In this document: piece by piece, positions 16,990 to 28,054 of the stretch
Layout: each line of letters starts with the position of its first letter
How positions within the stretch are numbered: the first letter of the stretch is position 1
DNA from: Octopus vulgaris
Lineage: Eukaryota
Length of the DNA stretch: 64,000 bases
Reading direction: 5' to 3'
NCBI GenBank assembly: GCA_951406725.2
Contig: OX597819.1
Location: forward strand, 88,412,001-88,476,000
Program-made: the position numbers and the translations under genes
Notes under the pieces: model-generated
The model's database searches: none
Told to the model about the DNA's origin: nothing
What the model saw: the letters and a program-made list of their open reading frames with translations, nothing else

Positions 16990-17016
<27 letters not shown>

Positions 17017-17021
<5 letters not shown>

Positions 17022-17146
17022 AATAACGTGACCGACCAGGCTATCAGATGTTGCTACACATCGCTGGTCACAATGCGCTTCGCATTGTTTTAGCCTTCAA
17101 ATGACGCCACCCCGCTGCCCTAACCACTGGGCCATTGCGCTTCTAC
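17017..17146 (-). mobile_element. Internally deleted tRNA-derived SINE
   Basis: Minus-strand head gtagaagcgcaatggcccagtggttaggg resembles the head at 61864. Confidence 0.55.
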
Positions 17147-17156
17147 CGTATATATA

Positions 17157-17326
17157 TGTGTGACCGCGTGTGTATCGTTGGATCTTTCCTTTCTGACGAA
17201 GAGTTCTGCTCGAAACATTAATTCCTCCTTCTTCCTTTGCTTTCCTGAGCATCCAATTACACTATACTTGTTCCACGTCCTCGCGTTGTTGTGTTTTCTC
17301 TTTGTGTTTTCATGTTTGGATTAACT
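17157..17326 (+). mobile_element. Hammerhead-bearing short element family P (copy 1)
   Basis: CTGACGA-AGAG-ttctg-CTC-GAAA then ttcctgagc.tccaat..ccacgtcctcgcgttgttgtg..ggattaact; shared with the copies at 19137, 30040 and 34684. Confidence 0.75.
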
Positions 17327-17344
17327 TTATACATACATACATAC

Positions 17345-17432
<88 letters not shown>

Positions 17433-17436
<4 letters not shown>

Positions 17437-18207
17437 TAAGCAATTAAGGGTTTAGCAACGAATTGCCTTACCGCACACCGAATTTAGAAATAGCAGTCAA
17501 AGAGATTATAGCTATTTCTTCTACTAAAAGGGAGATCTCAGTAAAAACACAGCATTTGAAAAGCAAACACAAACAGGTAAGAGAGAATGAATTGACGGCA
17601 ATCTATCATACAGTTTTAAGTCACCTACGGACGTACGTTTCGAAATCAAGTCTTAGGAAAGCATAAGAATTAGATAATTCTACCTTACCCAAACTTCTTC
17701 TCTCATCAACGCAGGATACAAACAATCATGAATGATTGTATATTGAATTTTGAGATACTAGAAGGCACCAACTCAACTCAGTATCAGAGCGAGCTAGAAG
17801 CCACAACTAGTATCACCAAATTCAAAGTGTGAATGAAAGTTTGTGTCACCAGTCCCTTCCCACCCGCGTGTAGCCAAGACAAAGTGCTGTGGTCATTTAC
17901 TGGGATGAATATGGTTATCAGTAACAATGAAAGGTGAAATTAATTAATTTGGAATAATTATCAATTACACCAAGTAGTCTTCGGCATGTAAAAGCCTCAT
18001 TCGAGGAAAATTTAAGTAATACTAAGCAATTAAGGGTTTAGCAACGAATTGCCTTACCGCACACCGAATTTAGAAATAGCAGTCAAAGAGATTATAGCTA
18101 TTTCTTCTACTAAAAGGAGATCTCAGTAAAAACACAGCATTTGAAAAGCAAACACAAACAGGTAAGAGAGAATGAATTGACGGCAATCTCTCATACAGTT
18201 TTAAGTC

Positions 18208-18211
<4 letters not shown>
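17433..18211 (-). mobile_element. Penelope-like pLTR / retrozyme-type element: ~586-nt unit plus ~192-nt direct terminal repeat
   Basis: Near-identical direct repeats 17433-17626 and 18019-18211, (TA)n on both sides, internal hammerhead. Confidence 0.75.
17624..17715 (-). ncRNA. Minimal type I hammerhead ribozyme (C3U variant)
   Basis: CCTGCG-TTGATGA-GAGA...TTTC-GAAA-CGTACG-TC-CGTAGG: 6-bp helix I and palindromic helix III ACGTACGT. Confidence 0.75.
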
Positions 18212-18277
<66 letters not shown>

Positions 18278-18278
<1 letters not shown>

Positions 18279-18748
18279 GATAGGGCACAGATAGTGTGTA
18301 TATGGCCAGCTGGAGGAGATATCTTCCTGGGGCTACAAACTACAGTAGCATCCACCCTTAGGAGTTAGCCATATTCAAATGGCAAATATGCGTCACGATG
18401 TGTTACCGCTACTGTTTATAACTCGCTCTGAGATTTATCATTGTTTGATTTCACTTTTTCAATATCAGTGTCAATCGACACTGGAAAAAGTATATGTATT
18501 TGTGAGGGAAACTGAATTCTATCGACAACTACGATTGTCACACGCTGATGATAGGTAAACACCTTGAAACTCGAGTCCGTGTGTATCATGAGTTGAAGAC
18601 GGGAAGGATGACTTCCCTTCACAAATACTGATAGGGCACAGATAGTGTGTCTATGGCCAGCTGGAGGAGATATCTTCCTGGGGCTACAAACTACAGTAGC
18701 ATCCACCCTTAGGGGTTAGCCATATTCAAATGGCAAATATTCGTCACG

Positions 18749-18750
<2 letters not shown>
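18278..18750 (+). mobile_element. Retrozyme-like element: 351-nt monomer plus 122-nt terminal redundancy
   Basis: Direct repeats 18278-18399 and 18629-18750 (3 mismatches seen), flanked by (TA)n, non-coding, with one hammerhead. Confidence 0.8.
18539..18583 (+). ncRNA. Minimal type I hammerhead ribozyme, intact core
   Basis: CACACG-CTGATGA-T-AGGT-aaac-ACCT-T-GAAA-CTCGAG-TC-CGTGTG; predicted cleavage after C18577. Confidence 0.88.
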
Positions 18751-18819
<69 letters not shown>

Positions 18820-18821
<2 letters not shown>

Positions 18822-19000
18822 GGGTGGGCCAAAAGTCAAACACCAAAGCATTTGACGTTCTATTTATATTATGTTATTAATATGTTTGAGTGCATGTGTA
18901 TCCATCATTATTTTATTTATTTTATTCAATTTTACAATTGTCTTTGACAATTTCAGCGCATATTGAACTTAACGTTTTGTATGACTTTTGGCCCTCCCTG
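18820..19000. mobile_element. Tc1/mariner-type MITE (~180 bp)
   Basis: TIRs agggtgggccaaaagtca / tgacttttggccctccctg with TA flanks. Confidence 0.75.
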
Positions 19001-19008
19001 TAAACGTA

Positions 19009-19111
<103 letters not shown>

Positions 19112-19136
19112 ATATATATATATATATATATATATT

Positions 19137-19420
<284 letters not shown>

Positions 19421-19759
19421 ACATTTACCACTGAGGTAGGTGAAATTTATCTTCTAAGTGTCTGAGAATTCATGGTTTAGTTGAACATAAACGGAAAATT
19501 CTGCTCCAACGGAGTGCGGAACGATTTTCGTAACAACAGCGAATTGTAAGTGCATAAGTACCCGTGGAGGCGCATCTATGTAGAGAAAAGAATAAATCTT
19601 AAATTTCATAAATTCAATGTAGATGTAAGTGATCACACTAAACAACATTAATTAAAATGTTATTGATTATGCGTTAATTAATCAAATAGTTTTAAATACC
19701 AAAACACCAAAGGCGTCACAGGCTATAACAATTTAAGTTCAATGAAACTTCTTCCCTTG

Positions 19760-20460
19760 CATCTTAATGTGAATTTGCTTCTGCCTAACTTTGGAACGTT
19801 GCACATTTGATGAGAATGATAATGCTACAGTTCTTAGTCGTTGGTTTGTAAGTTTAGCTCGCAAGTGGACCGGTTCTTGGCTAAATTAATGTCGAGAAGC
19901 TATTAATTTTGAATATCAAAGAATTATCCGAATGTAAATGAATTAACTGGAGTCCAATAAAATCGGGAGATTCATCTAGCATCATATCAAAAGAAGTTGC
20001 GCATATTCGTAGTTCAAGTCCATGATTTTGTAAATCTAGAAACTTCTTTTGAAATTTATCCAAAAGATTGAAATACTATGAAGCATATTCCAGTATTAAT
20101 TCTGGTTTCTGCTCTTTGAATGTTGAAAAATATAGTATTCAGTTGTTTTTCAGCTGAATTACTAATATCTGCAGCATTGAATCAAAGCTCTTGTTATTGG
20201 CAAGAAGGGAGGTAATAAATAGATTCAGCTCTTGCAGTTTCAAACTTAGATACTTTAAATGGCTTCTAATGAAATTGACAGAAAAATTTTAACTCAAGAC
20301 CATTCTAATCCTCTCACAGGAATGCTTTTTAGATCCACGAAGAATTTCGATTCATATTTTAGCTTACAAAGTACTGGAGTATGCATTGTATAACTTCACA
20401 GTTATACATTACATTAGCATATTCCAGATCTTTAAATTTCTTAAATTTTCTTGGTGCATT
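19760..20460 (-). mobile_element. hAT (Spin/GTF2IRD2-like) transposase remnant
   Basis: KFQKKFLDLQNHGLELRICATSFDMMLDESPDFIGLQLIHLHSDNSL resembles the C-terminal region of Charlie/Spin-group hAT transposases; heavily decayed. Confidence 0.5.
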
Positions 20461-20477
20461 TTTCTTTTAATACTTTG

Positions 20478-20520
<43 letters not shown>

Positions 20521-20521
<1 letters not shown>

Positions 20522-21003
20522 CTGGGTTCTCGAGGTGGTCATTAAGCTCTGCTGTAATTTGGGGAGCTGTACTTTTGTGATCCTTTCTAACAATTCGCGT
20601 AAAAGTCTGCCTGTCCCTATCTGAAAGTTTGGTTTTCTTCCGGACTTTTGTTTCAAAGAGGTTTTTTTTCCTCTTTCTCAAAGGCTGTCATTACTTTGGA
20701 GACAGTACTTCTTGATACACCAAACATTTCAATTGTTTTTCGTTACGCTAGCGCCTGGCATACGAGCACCAACAATTTGACCTCTTTCAAAGTCCGATAG
20801 ATCTGCCATTTTAATGAATTTTAATTACCTTTTTCTGATGGTATCTGAAGAGAAACAGCAATTTTAGCAAAACATATAAAGCAACATTAATAATAAATTT
20901 TTAAAAAAACATTTAAAAAAAACAAGCTCTTGACGGTTCTATAGATATTTCACAATTATGATGCTATGATGCTAGATGTTTCCATTATTTTGTCCAACCC
21001 CTG
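20521..21003 (-). mobile_element. Tc1-type transposon 5' half (same family as 26456-27741)
   Basis: TIR caggggttggacaaaataatggaaa; peptide KLSDRDRQTFTRIVRKDHKSTAPQITAELNDH; truncated at (TA)n. Confidence 0.9.
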
Positions 21004-21027
21004 TATATGTATATATGTATGTATATA

Positions 21028-21098
<71 letters not shown>

Positions 21099-21099
21099 T

Positions 21100-21141
<42 letters not shown>

Positions 21142-21143
21142 TA

Positions 21144-21232
<89 letters not shown>

Positions 21233-21249
21233 TATATGTACGTGTCTGT

Positions 21250-21900
21250 ATTGAAATCTGGAAAGTGGATGAGATGGACATCAAAGTGGAAACAGTTAAG
21301 ATCTGAAGCCTCAAAAGAGAGCGATAGAGAGTTACAAAAGTGTTCAGGAAGAAATAAATGAATATTTCTGGAAGTGAAGGCTAATAATGTAGATAACTTA
21401 CTCAATGCAGAAGAGCAGAAGAATCAGAAAAGCTTATGAAATGATAAGTGAGATTACAGGTAAAGTAAGCTGATCACAAAATGTTACATGTGTTTAGTAT
21501 TGTCAGCCAATTAATAACATATGATGTAAACATCAAACAAGGAAGATGGAAAGAACATTGTAATATAAGCAGGAACTAAGAACTTAATGGGTAATATGCT
21601 CTGGTAATTTCTCAACCACATAAGGAGGTGGAAGTGGCTGTATAGGATATATTCGTTGGGAAAATTAGCAAGAACCATTGAGCAATTAGCAACAGGAAAG
21701 ATATCTGGATTAGATGGAATTTCAAGAGAAATGCCAGAATGATGAATTTGTGATAAGCAAGAGCATTATTTGCTGTTTAGTAACATGCAGAAAGAATATT
21801 GAACAGATACCTCAAAGATAGAAGGTTGGTGCTTTATCTAGGATACTAAAAAGAATAATAACAGGGAGTGCGGGCATTCCCTGAGGGGCATAGTATTGAA
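21250..21900 (+). mobile_element. Highly decayed LINE fragment
   Basis: A-rich strand with GKISGLDGISREM at ~21695-21733, resembling the pre-RT KAPGxDG motif. Confidence 0.35.
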
Positions 21901-22059
21901 AGTGCTCGTACTGAATAGGATATAGATTGAGAAGGACACAAAGAGGCGAGCAATCATCCAGCGATCATTAAGTTGTAGTGACTAGATCTTTTCGCTCAGG
22001 CCTTTTTCTTTTCTACGAGATACGCAACGAAGACGGTCTTTAATAATACTTTCAGAGTT

Positions 22060-22255
22060 TAGCACAAGGCCAGCAATTTTAGGTGATAAGTGTTTGCATC
22101 GATTCCAGTACTTGACTGGTACTTATTTTATCGATCCCAAAAGGATGGAAGACAAAGTCGACCTCGACGGAATTTGAACACAGAAGGCAAAGAGCCATAA
22201 GAAATGGCGCTAAGCGATTTTGTCCGACGTGTTAGCGATTCTACGAGCTCATTGC
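22060..22255 (-). mobile_element. SINE family B, diverged
   Basis: Reverse complement of ttcaaattccg.cgaggtcgactttg.cttccatcctt..gggatcgataaa..aagtaccag. Confidence 0.75.
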
Positions 22256-22585
22256 TTTTAGTAATGAATATATTTTGTAGATGTGAGGGTGCATTGCCTT
22301 GTGTTTATGGTGTTGCACTCATGATTGCGAGATGGTGGTTTCAATTCATGGACGGATGGTGTGTTGTGTTCTTCAGTAAAACACTTCATCTCACGTTGCT
22401 CTGCAACCATTTCGACACCTGATATGTAGTGCACCAGACACCTGTTCAGGCAACAACGATTTGATGGAGGGAGCGAGTTCAGGTACAGCATTTGTACAAG
22501 TCATTCACCACGAAATTGTAGAACCGCATTTCTCCGACTACGAGAGATGATGATGATCATCATCATCATCATCGTCGTCGTCGTC

Positions 22586-22644
<59 letters not shown>

Positions 22645-22760
22645 TTCTGTAGATATTGAGAAAATGCCTTTGACGGATGATAGAGCGTTAGATCTTTGAA
22701 AACTGTTTTCAACCGTTTAATTCTTAAGTTACTCGTCTTTCAAGGAACTCTACATACATA

Positions 22761-23158
22761 TTACTCTTTTACTCTTTTACTTGTTTCCGTCATTTGACTG
22801 CGGCCATGCTGGAGCACCGCCTTTAGTCGAGCAAATCGACCCCAGGACTTATTCTTTGTAAGCTTAGTACTTATTCTATCGGTCTCTTTTGCCGAACTGC
22901 TAAGTTACGGGGACGTAAACACACCAGCATCGGTTGTCAAGTGATGTTGGGGGACAAACACAGACACACAAACACACACACACATATATATATACATATA
23001 TACGGCAGGCTTCTTTCAGTTTCCGTCTACCAAATCCACTTACAAGGCTTTGGTCGGCTCGAGGCTATAGTAGAAGACACTTGCCCAAGGTGCCACGCAG
23101 TGGGACTGAACCCGGAACCATGTGGTTGGTAAGCAAGCTACTTATCACAAAGCCACTC
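22761..23158 (-). mobile_element. SINE family A, full length
   Basis: Reverse complement of the 11027 and 25920 copies. Confidence 0.9.
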
Positions 23159-23299
23159 ATATGTAATCTTTTTTTTTCTTTCATAAAGTTATATCACACA
23201 AGACAAGCATAACTTTTTTCTGATAAGCGAACAAGAAAGATATACTAAATAAATAAAATAATAAGTTTTAGTTAAGTTTGTTAAGTTTGTCATAAAGAC

Positions 23300-23528
23300 T
23301 GTTAATCTTACTGTGCTCATCTTACACTCATACCCACCGAAGATCTCTTTCAATTCAAAAGGCTTCAGTTTTTAAAACATCTAAACTTTGTCAATGCAAT
23401 CAATAAATCCCAAGGACAAACATTGTCAATTGCTGGACTGCGTCTTGACAAACATTCCTATGGTATAGCTAGCTAATTTCCATATTATCTTTGGTAAAAC
23501 CGAAAACATTGCATATAGTGAGGCGTAA
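23300..23528 (+). mobile_element. Helitron PIF1-helicase C-terminal remnant
   Basis: FQFKRLQF...AINKSQGQTLSIAGL...KTENIAYSEA* matches the helicase motif TINKSQGQTL and a typical RepHel end. Confidence 0.7.
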
Positions 23529-23614
23529 ATATGGCAATGTTCAGTCAATGACGAGTACAGATTTAATATCATAGAAGATGGGATCCACTGCAATTTTTAA
23601 TATTTGTCTATTGA

Positions 23615-24020
23615 AAGGCGGCGAGCTGGCAGAAACGGTAGCACGCCGGGCGAAATGCTTAGCAGTATTTCGTCTGCTGTTATGTTCTGAGTTCAAATTC
23701 CGCTGAGGTCGACTTTGCCTTTCATCCTTTCGGGGTCGATTAAATAAGTACCAGTTACGCACTAGGGTCGATATAATCGACTTAATCCGTTTGTCTGTCC
23801 TTGTTTGTCCTCTCTGTGTTTAGCCCCTTGTGGGTAGTAAAGAAATAGAAATAGGTATTTCGTCTGTCTTTACGTTCTGATTTCAAATTCCGCCGGGATC
23901 GACTTTACTTTTTATCCATTCGGAGTCGATAAATTTTAGTACCAGTTGCGTACTGGAGTCGATCTAATCGACTGGCCCCCTCCCCCAAAATTTCGGGCCT
24001 TGTGCCTAGAGTAAAAAAGA
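23615..24020 (+). mobile_element. SINE family B (Meta/MESC-like central domain), full copy plus partial second unit
   Basis: aaggcggcgagctggcagaa head; gcctttcatcctttcggggtcgat..aagtaccag core repeated twice; same layout at 56535. Confidence 0.85.
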
Positions 24021-24439
24021 ATATTTCTCTATTGATATATTTTGACAGGAGAAGCAAGAATGGTATTCCTGCATAGCTAGAACCACAATATTTACCAGAG
24101 TGAACCTTCCTAAACAAGCTAGATGTCATGCAATAAACCCGCTTCATATCACAACAGAGATTGCCTCCAAACACCCTGAAGCAAAACAGCAGAGATAGAT
24201 CATTTCTTTAGCACACCGGTCGAAATTCTTAGGGAGCATTTCGTCAATCTTTACGTTCAGAGTTCAAATTCCGCTGAGGTTGACTTTTCATTTCATTCTC
24301 TAAGGGTCGATAAAATAATTACCAGTTGAGCACTGGGATGATGTTATTGACTTAACCCTTACCGAAATTGCTGACCAATTACTTGAAACCAATATTTCTT
24401 TATCTCTATATGTATTGCATTTTCACTAATTGGTTGAGT

Positions 24440-25086
24440 TTTTGTGTATGTGAGCCGCAAGGGCCTTCGTTTTTGGAATCTCCACTTATAGAAATGGAAA
24501 AAACGGTCTTTGACTGCCATTTCTAATTCCTTCGGTATGAGGCGAAACAGCTTGCTGCTAGCCAACTTATTTTCTTTACTATATACTGAACCTTACAAAG
24601 GTCCTGACAATTAATTTGTCGTATTTACATACCGAAATTTACCGGTAAATAATTGTTGGTTACATGAAAAACCACAGGAAAATTATTTACCATTTTTATT
24701 GCATTACCATGTGGATTCCTCATTCCATTACGATTACCCAGAAGGCGTGCATGGCAGAATTTTGGAGGGAAAATTTACGTTCCCAGTCGTTACTTGGTTT
24801 TAACATCTGCGCACTTCCCCCCACTATCTGATGTCTCTGGGTCAGAAGTGAGGGCTGGTGACATTTGATAAAGCTATCGAATATAGCGCTGATGACGGAA
24901 TTCAAACTCCCTTTTTTTATATGTTTGTGATCCAGAAACACGGTGTTCGCTATTAACGGTAAGTGACTGAATTCGTATATTTGCCACTCCGGTTTTGTGT
25001 ATGTGAGCCGCAAGGGCCTTCGTTTTTGGAATCTCCACTTATAGAAATGGAAAAAACGGTCTTTGACTGCCATTTCTAATTCCTTC

Positions 25087-25091
<5 letters not shown>
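24440..25091 (+). mobile_element. Retrozyme/pLTR-like element: 553-nt unit plus 99-nt direct repeat
   Basis: Apparently identical repeats 24440-24538 and 24993-25091, ending at (TA)n, with an internal hammerhead. Confidence 0.75.
24883..24953 (+). ncRNA. Minimal type I hammerhead ribozyme, intact core
   Basis: ATAGCG-CTGATGA-CGGA..CAAAC...GTTTG..TCCA-GAAA-CACGGTG-TT-CGCTAT; perfect 6-bp helix I. Confidence 0.82.
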
Positions 25092-25136
<45 letters not shown>

Positions 25137-25141
<5 letters not shown>

Positions 25142-25477
25142 GAAGGTTTAAAAATGCAATTTTAAAGATGTTTATTCACTTGACCGGTTTCACTTGTTTA
25201 GAAAAAGATTGTCAAAAATAAAATGTAAAGCTTTGTAAAAGCTTTGGTGTGTTAAGTACTGGTTCTCATAAAATATTGCAATACATATATACATTCTTTT
25301 TCTTATTATTATCATAGAATGTATATATGTATTTTAATACTCTTGTGACAACCAGTACTTAACACAACAAAGCTTTTAGAAAGCTTTACATTTTACTTTT
25401 GACAATCTTTTTCTAAAAAAGTGAAACCAGTCATGTGAATAAACATCTTTAAAATTGCATTTTCAAACCTTCTTTCA
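25137..25477. repeat. Imperfect inverted repeat (fold-back), ~160-bp arms, ~18-nt spacer
   Basis: tgaaagaaggttt...catatatacattct / agaatgtatatatg...aaaccttctttca. Confidence 0.9.
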
Positions 25478-25919
25478 TATATATTTCCACTCGTGCGGTA
25501 CCTTACAACTTCACTTTGTTATATATACATATAACAAGTCCTCGCTTCCTCGCGTTGTTGTGTTTTCTCTTTGTGTTTTCATGTTTAGATTAACTATATA
25601 TATATTTAACGTGCATTAAAATATATTCAGTAAAACCTGTTTTTTTTTTTAGTATGTAATTTTCTTCCTTTGTGCGTGTAACAATCACTTTGCGAAAACA
25701 TATACTAATATGTATACAGTAAAACTGTCATATGAAAACATTTGTTATACAAAAATATACTTTTGTGACATTATTGTCATTAATAAAATAACAAATGCAG
25801 CTAAACTCCATATAAAATCAAAAACGAATTATTCAATTGCTACTAATTGTGACTGAAGGTGCCGTGTAGCACCTATATTGCTAGAAATAAGGGATTTTTA
25901 CTCATTTCTAGCAACATAG

Positions 25920-26345
25920 AAGGAGTGGCTGTGTGGTAAGTAGCTTGCTTACCAACCACATGGTTCCGGGTTCAGTCCCACTGCGTGGCACCTTGGGCAA
26001 GTGTCTTCTACTATAGCCCCGGGCTGACCAATGCCTTGTGAGTGGATTTGGTAGACGGAAACTGAAAGAAGCCTGTCGTATATATGTATATGTATATATG
26101 TGTGTGTATGTATGTTTTTGCGTGTCTGTGTTTGTCCCCCTAGCATTGCTTGACAACCGATGCTGGTGTGTTTACGTCCCCGTCACTTAGCGGTTCGGCA
26201 AAAGAGACCGATAGAATAAGTACTGGGCTTGCAATAGAATAAGTCCCGGGGTCGAGTTGCTCGATTAAAGGTGGTGCTCCAGCATGGCCGCAGTCAAATG
26301 ACTGAAACAAGTAAAAGAGTAAAAGAGTAAAAGAGAGTAAAGAGT
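25920..26345 (+). mobile_element. SINE family A, full length
   Basis: Head to (gtaaaaga)n tail, colinear with the other copies. Confidence 0.9.
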
Positions 26346-26455
26346 ATAGGTGCTATCATAATTAGTGGCAACTGAATATTGTCATCAGCATAAATATATA
26401 AATAATTAGCTCTGAAGTTAAAAAGTAAAACTTTTCCTAGTCAGGCATATATGTA

Positions 26456-27739
26456 CAGGGGTTGGACAAAATAATGGAAATACCTAGCATCATAGCATCA
26501 TAATTGGGAAATATCTATAGAACCGTCGAGAGCTTGTTTATTTTTATATTTTTTGATTTATATATGTGTTGCTTAATATGTTCTGTTAAAAATGCTGTTT
26601 CTTTTCAGATACCATCAGAAAAAGGTAATTAAAATTCATTAAAATGGCAGATCTATCGGGCTTTGAGAGAGGTTAAATTGTTGGTGCTCGTATGGCAGGC
26701 GCTAGCGTAACGAAAACAGCCGAAATGTTTGGTGTATCAAGAAGTACTGTCTCGAAAGTAATGACAGACTTTGAGAAAGGGGGAAAAACTTCCCCATCGA
26801 AACAAAACTCCGAAAGAAAACCAAAACTTTCAGATAGGGACCGTAGGACTCCTACGCAAATTGTTAGAAAGGATCACAAAAGCACAGCTCCCCAAATTAC
26901 AGCAGAGCTTAATGACCACCACAAGAACCTAGTTTCCGCAAAACTTTTCGCCGGGAGCTGCGCAAAGCCGGATTTCATGGGAGGGCTGCAATCAGAAAAC
27001 ACAATTTTCAAAAACAAACGTTGCAAAGCGTTTAGAGTTGAGTAAAAACCTACAGAATTGGTCCCTAGAACAGTGGAAGAATGGTATTTTCTGGGACGAG
27101 TAATCCTTTACCTTATTTCCGATCAGCGACCGAGTATACATATGGAGACAGCCAAAAGAAGCATTAGACACGGACTGCCTTTTGCCAACTGTTAAACATG
27201 GAGGAAGATCTGTGATGATCTGGTATGTGGGGGGGGGGGGGGGCTATATTTTGGAGATCCACTGTCCCAATGGCTTCCCTACATGGCAGAATTAATAGTC
27301 AAGACTATTTAAGCATTTTATCTGATCAAATTCATCCTATAGTTTCGGAACTGTTTCCGGAGAGAAACGCAATCTTTCAGGATGATAATGCACCAATACA
27401 CACAATTAAAGTTGTTACTAAATGGCACAAGGAGCATTCTAGTGAAGTTGAACACCTTATCAGTCCACCACAGTCACCAGATCTCAATATTATTGGACAT
27501 TTATGGTGCATCTTAGAAAAACAAGAAAGGAGTCGATATCCTCTGCCGTCATCACTACAAGAACTGGAGTCTGTTTTAGCTGAAGAATGGACAAAAATTC
27601 CTTTAAAAATTATTCAAACTTTGTACGAGTCCATACCTCGTAGAATTCAAGCTGTAATTACTGCCAAAGGCGGTCCTACCCGATATTAAAACAAATATGT
27701 TTGAAATTTGAAGGTGTTTCCATTATTTTGTCCAACTCT

Positions 27740-27741
<2 letters not shown>
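26456..27741 (+). mobile_element. Full-length Tc1-type transposon, DD36E spacing, transposase pseudogene (26644-27689)
   Basis: ~26-bp TIRs with TA flanks; MADLSGFERG*IVGARMAGASVTKTA... and FQDDNAPIH...QSPDLNII(G); stops and frameshifts. Confidence 0.92.
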
Positions 27742-27782
<41 letters not shown>

Positions 27783-27796
27783 ATGCAGCACGGATT

Positions 27797-27844
27797 TTTG
27801 TCACTGAACAGGTCGTCTTAAAGCGACGAAAATATTTTGACAAA
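27797..27844 (+). ncRNA. Minimal hammerhead motif (G8C variant) in a ~146-bp element (27781-27926) flanked by (TA)n
   Basis: TTTGTCA-CTGAACA-G-GTCG-tcttaaag-CGAC-GAA-AATATT-T-TGACAAA: 7-bp helix I and palindromic helix III. Confidence 0.7.
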
Positions 27845-27925
27845 TTAAACTTAAATGTTGAAGAGAATCGAATGGCTTTTGTGTGTTTCTTAAATGGCTT
27901 ACAAACACCTTCCACGCTGCAATTG

Positions 27926-28000
<75 letters not shown>

Positions 28001-28054
28001 CATATATATACATACATATATATATACATATATATACATACATATATACATTCC

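Noticed and set aside
19426-19476. Hammerhead-like acca-CTGAGGT...GAGA-attca-tggt
   Set aside because: Two core substitutions and a weak helix II; too degenerate to call.
24531-24565. Second hammerhead (gcgaaacagcttgctg)
   Set aside because: No CUGANGA box found at a compatible position.
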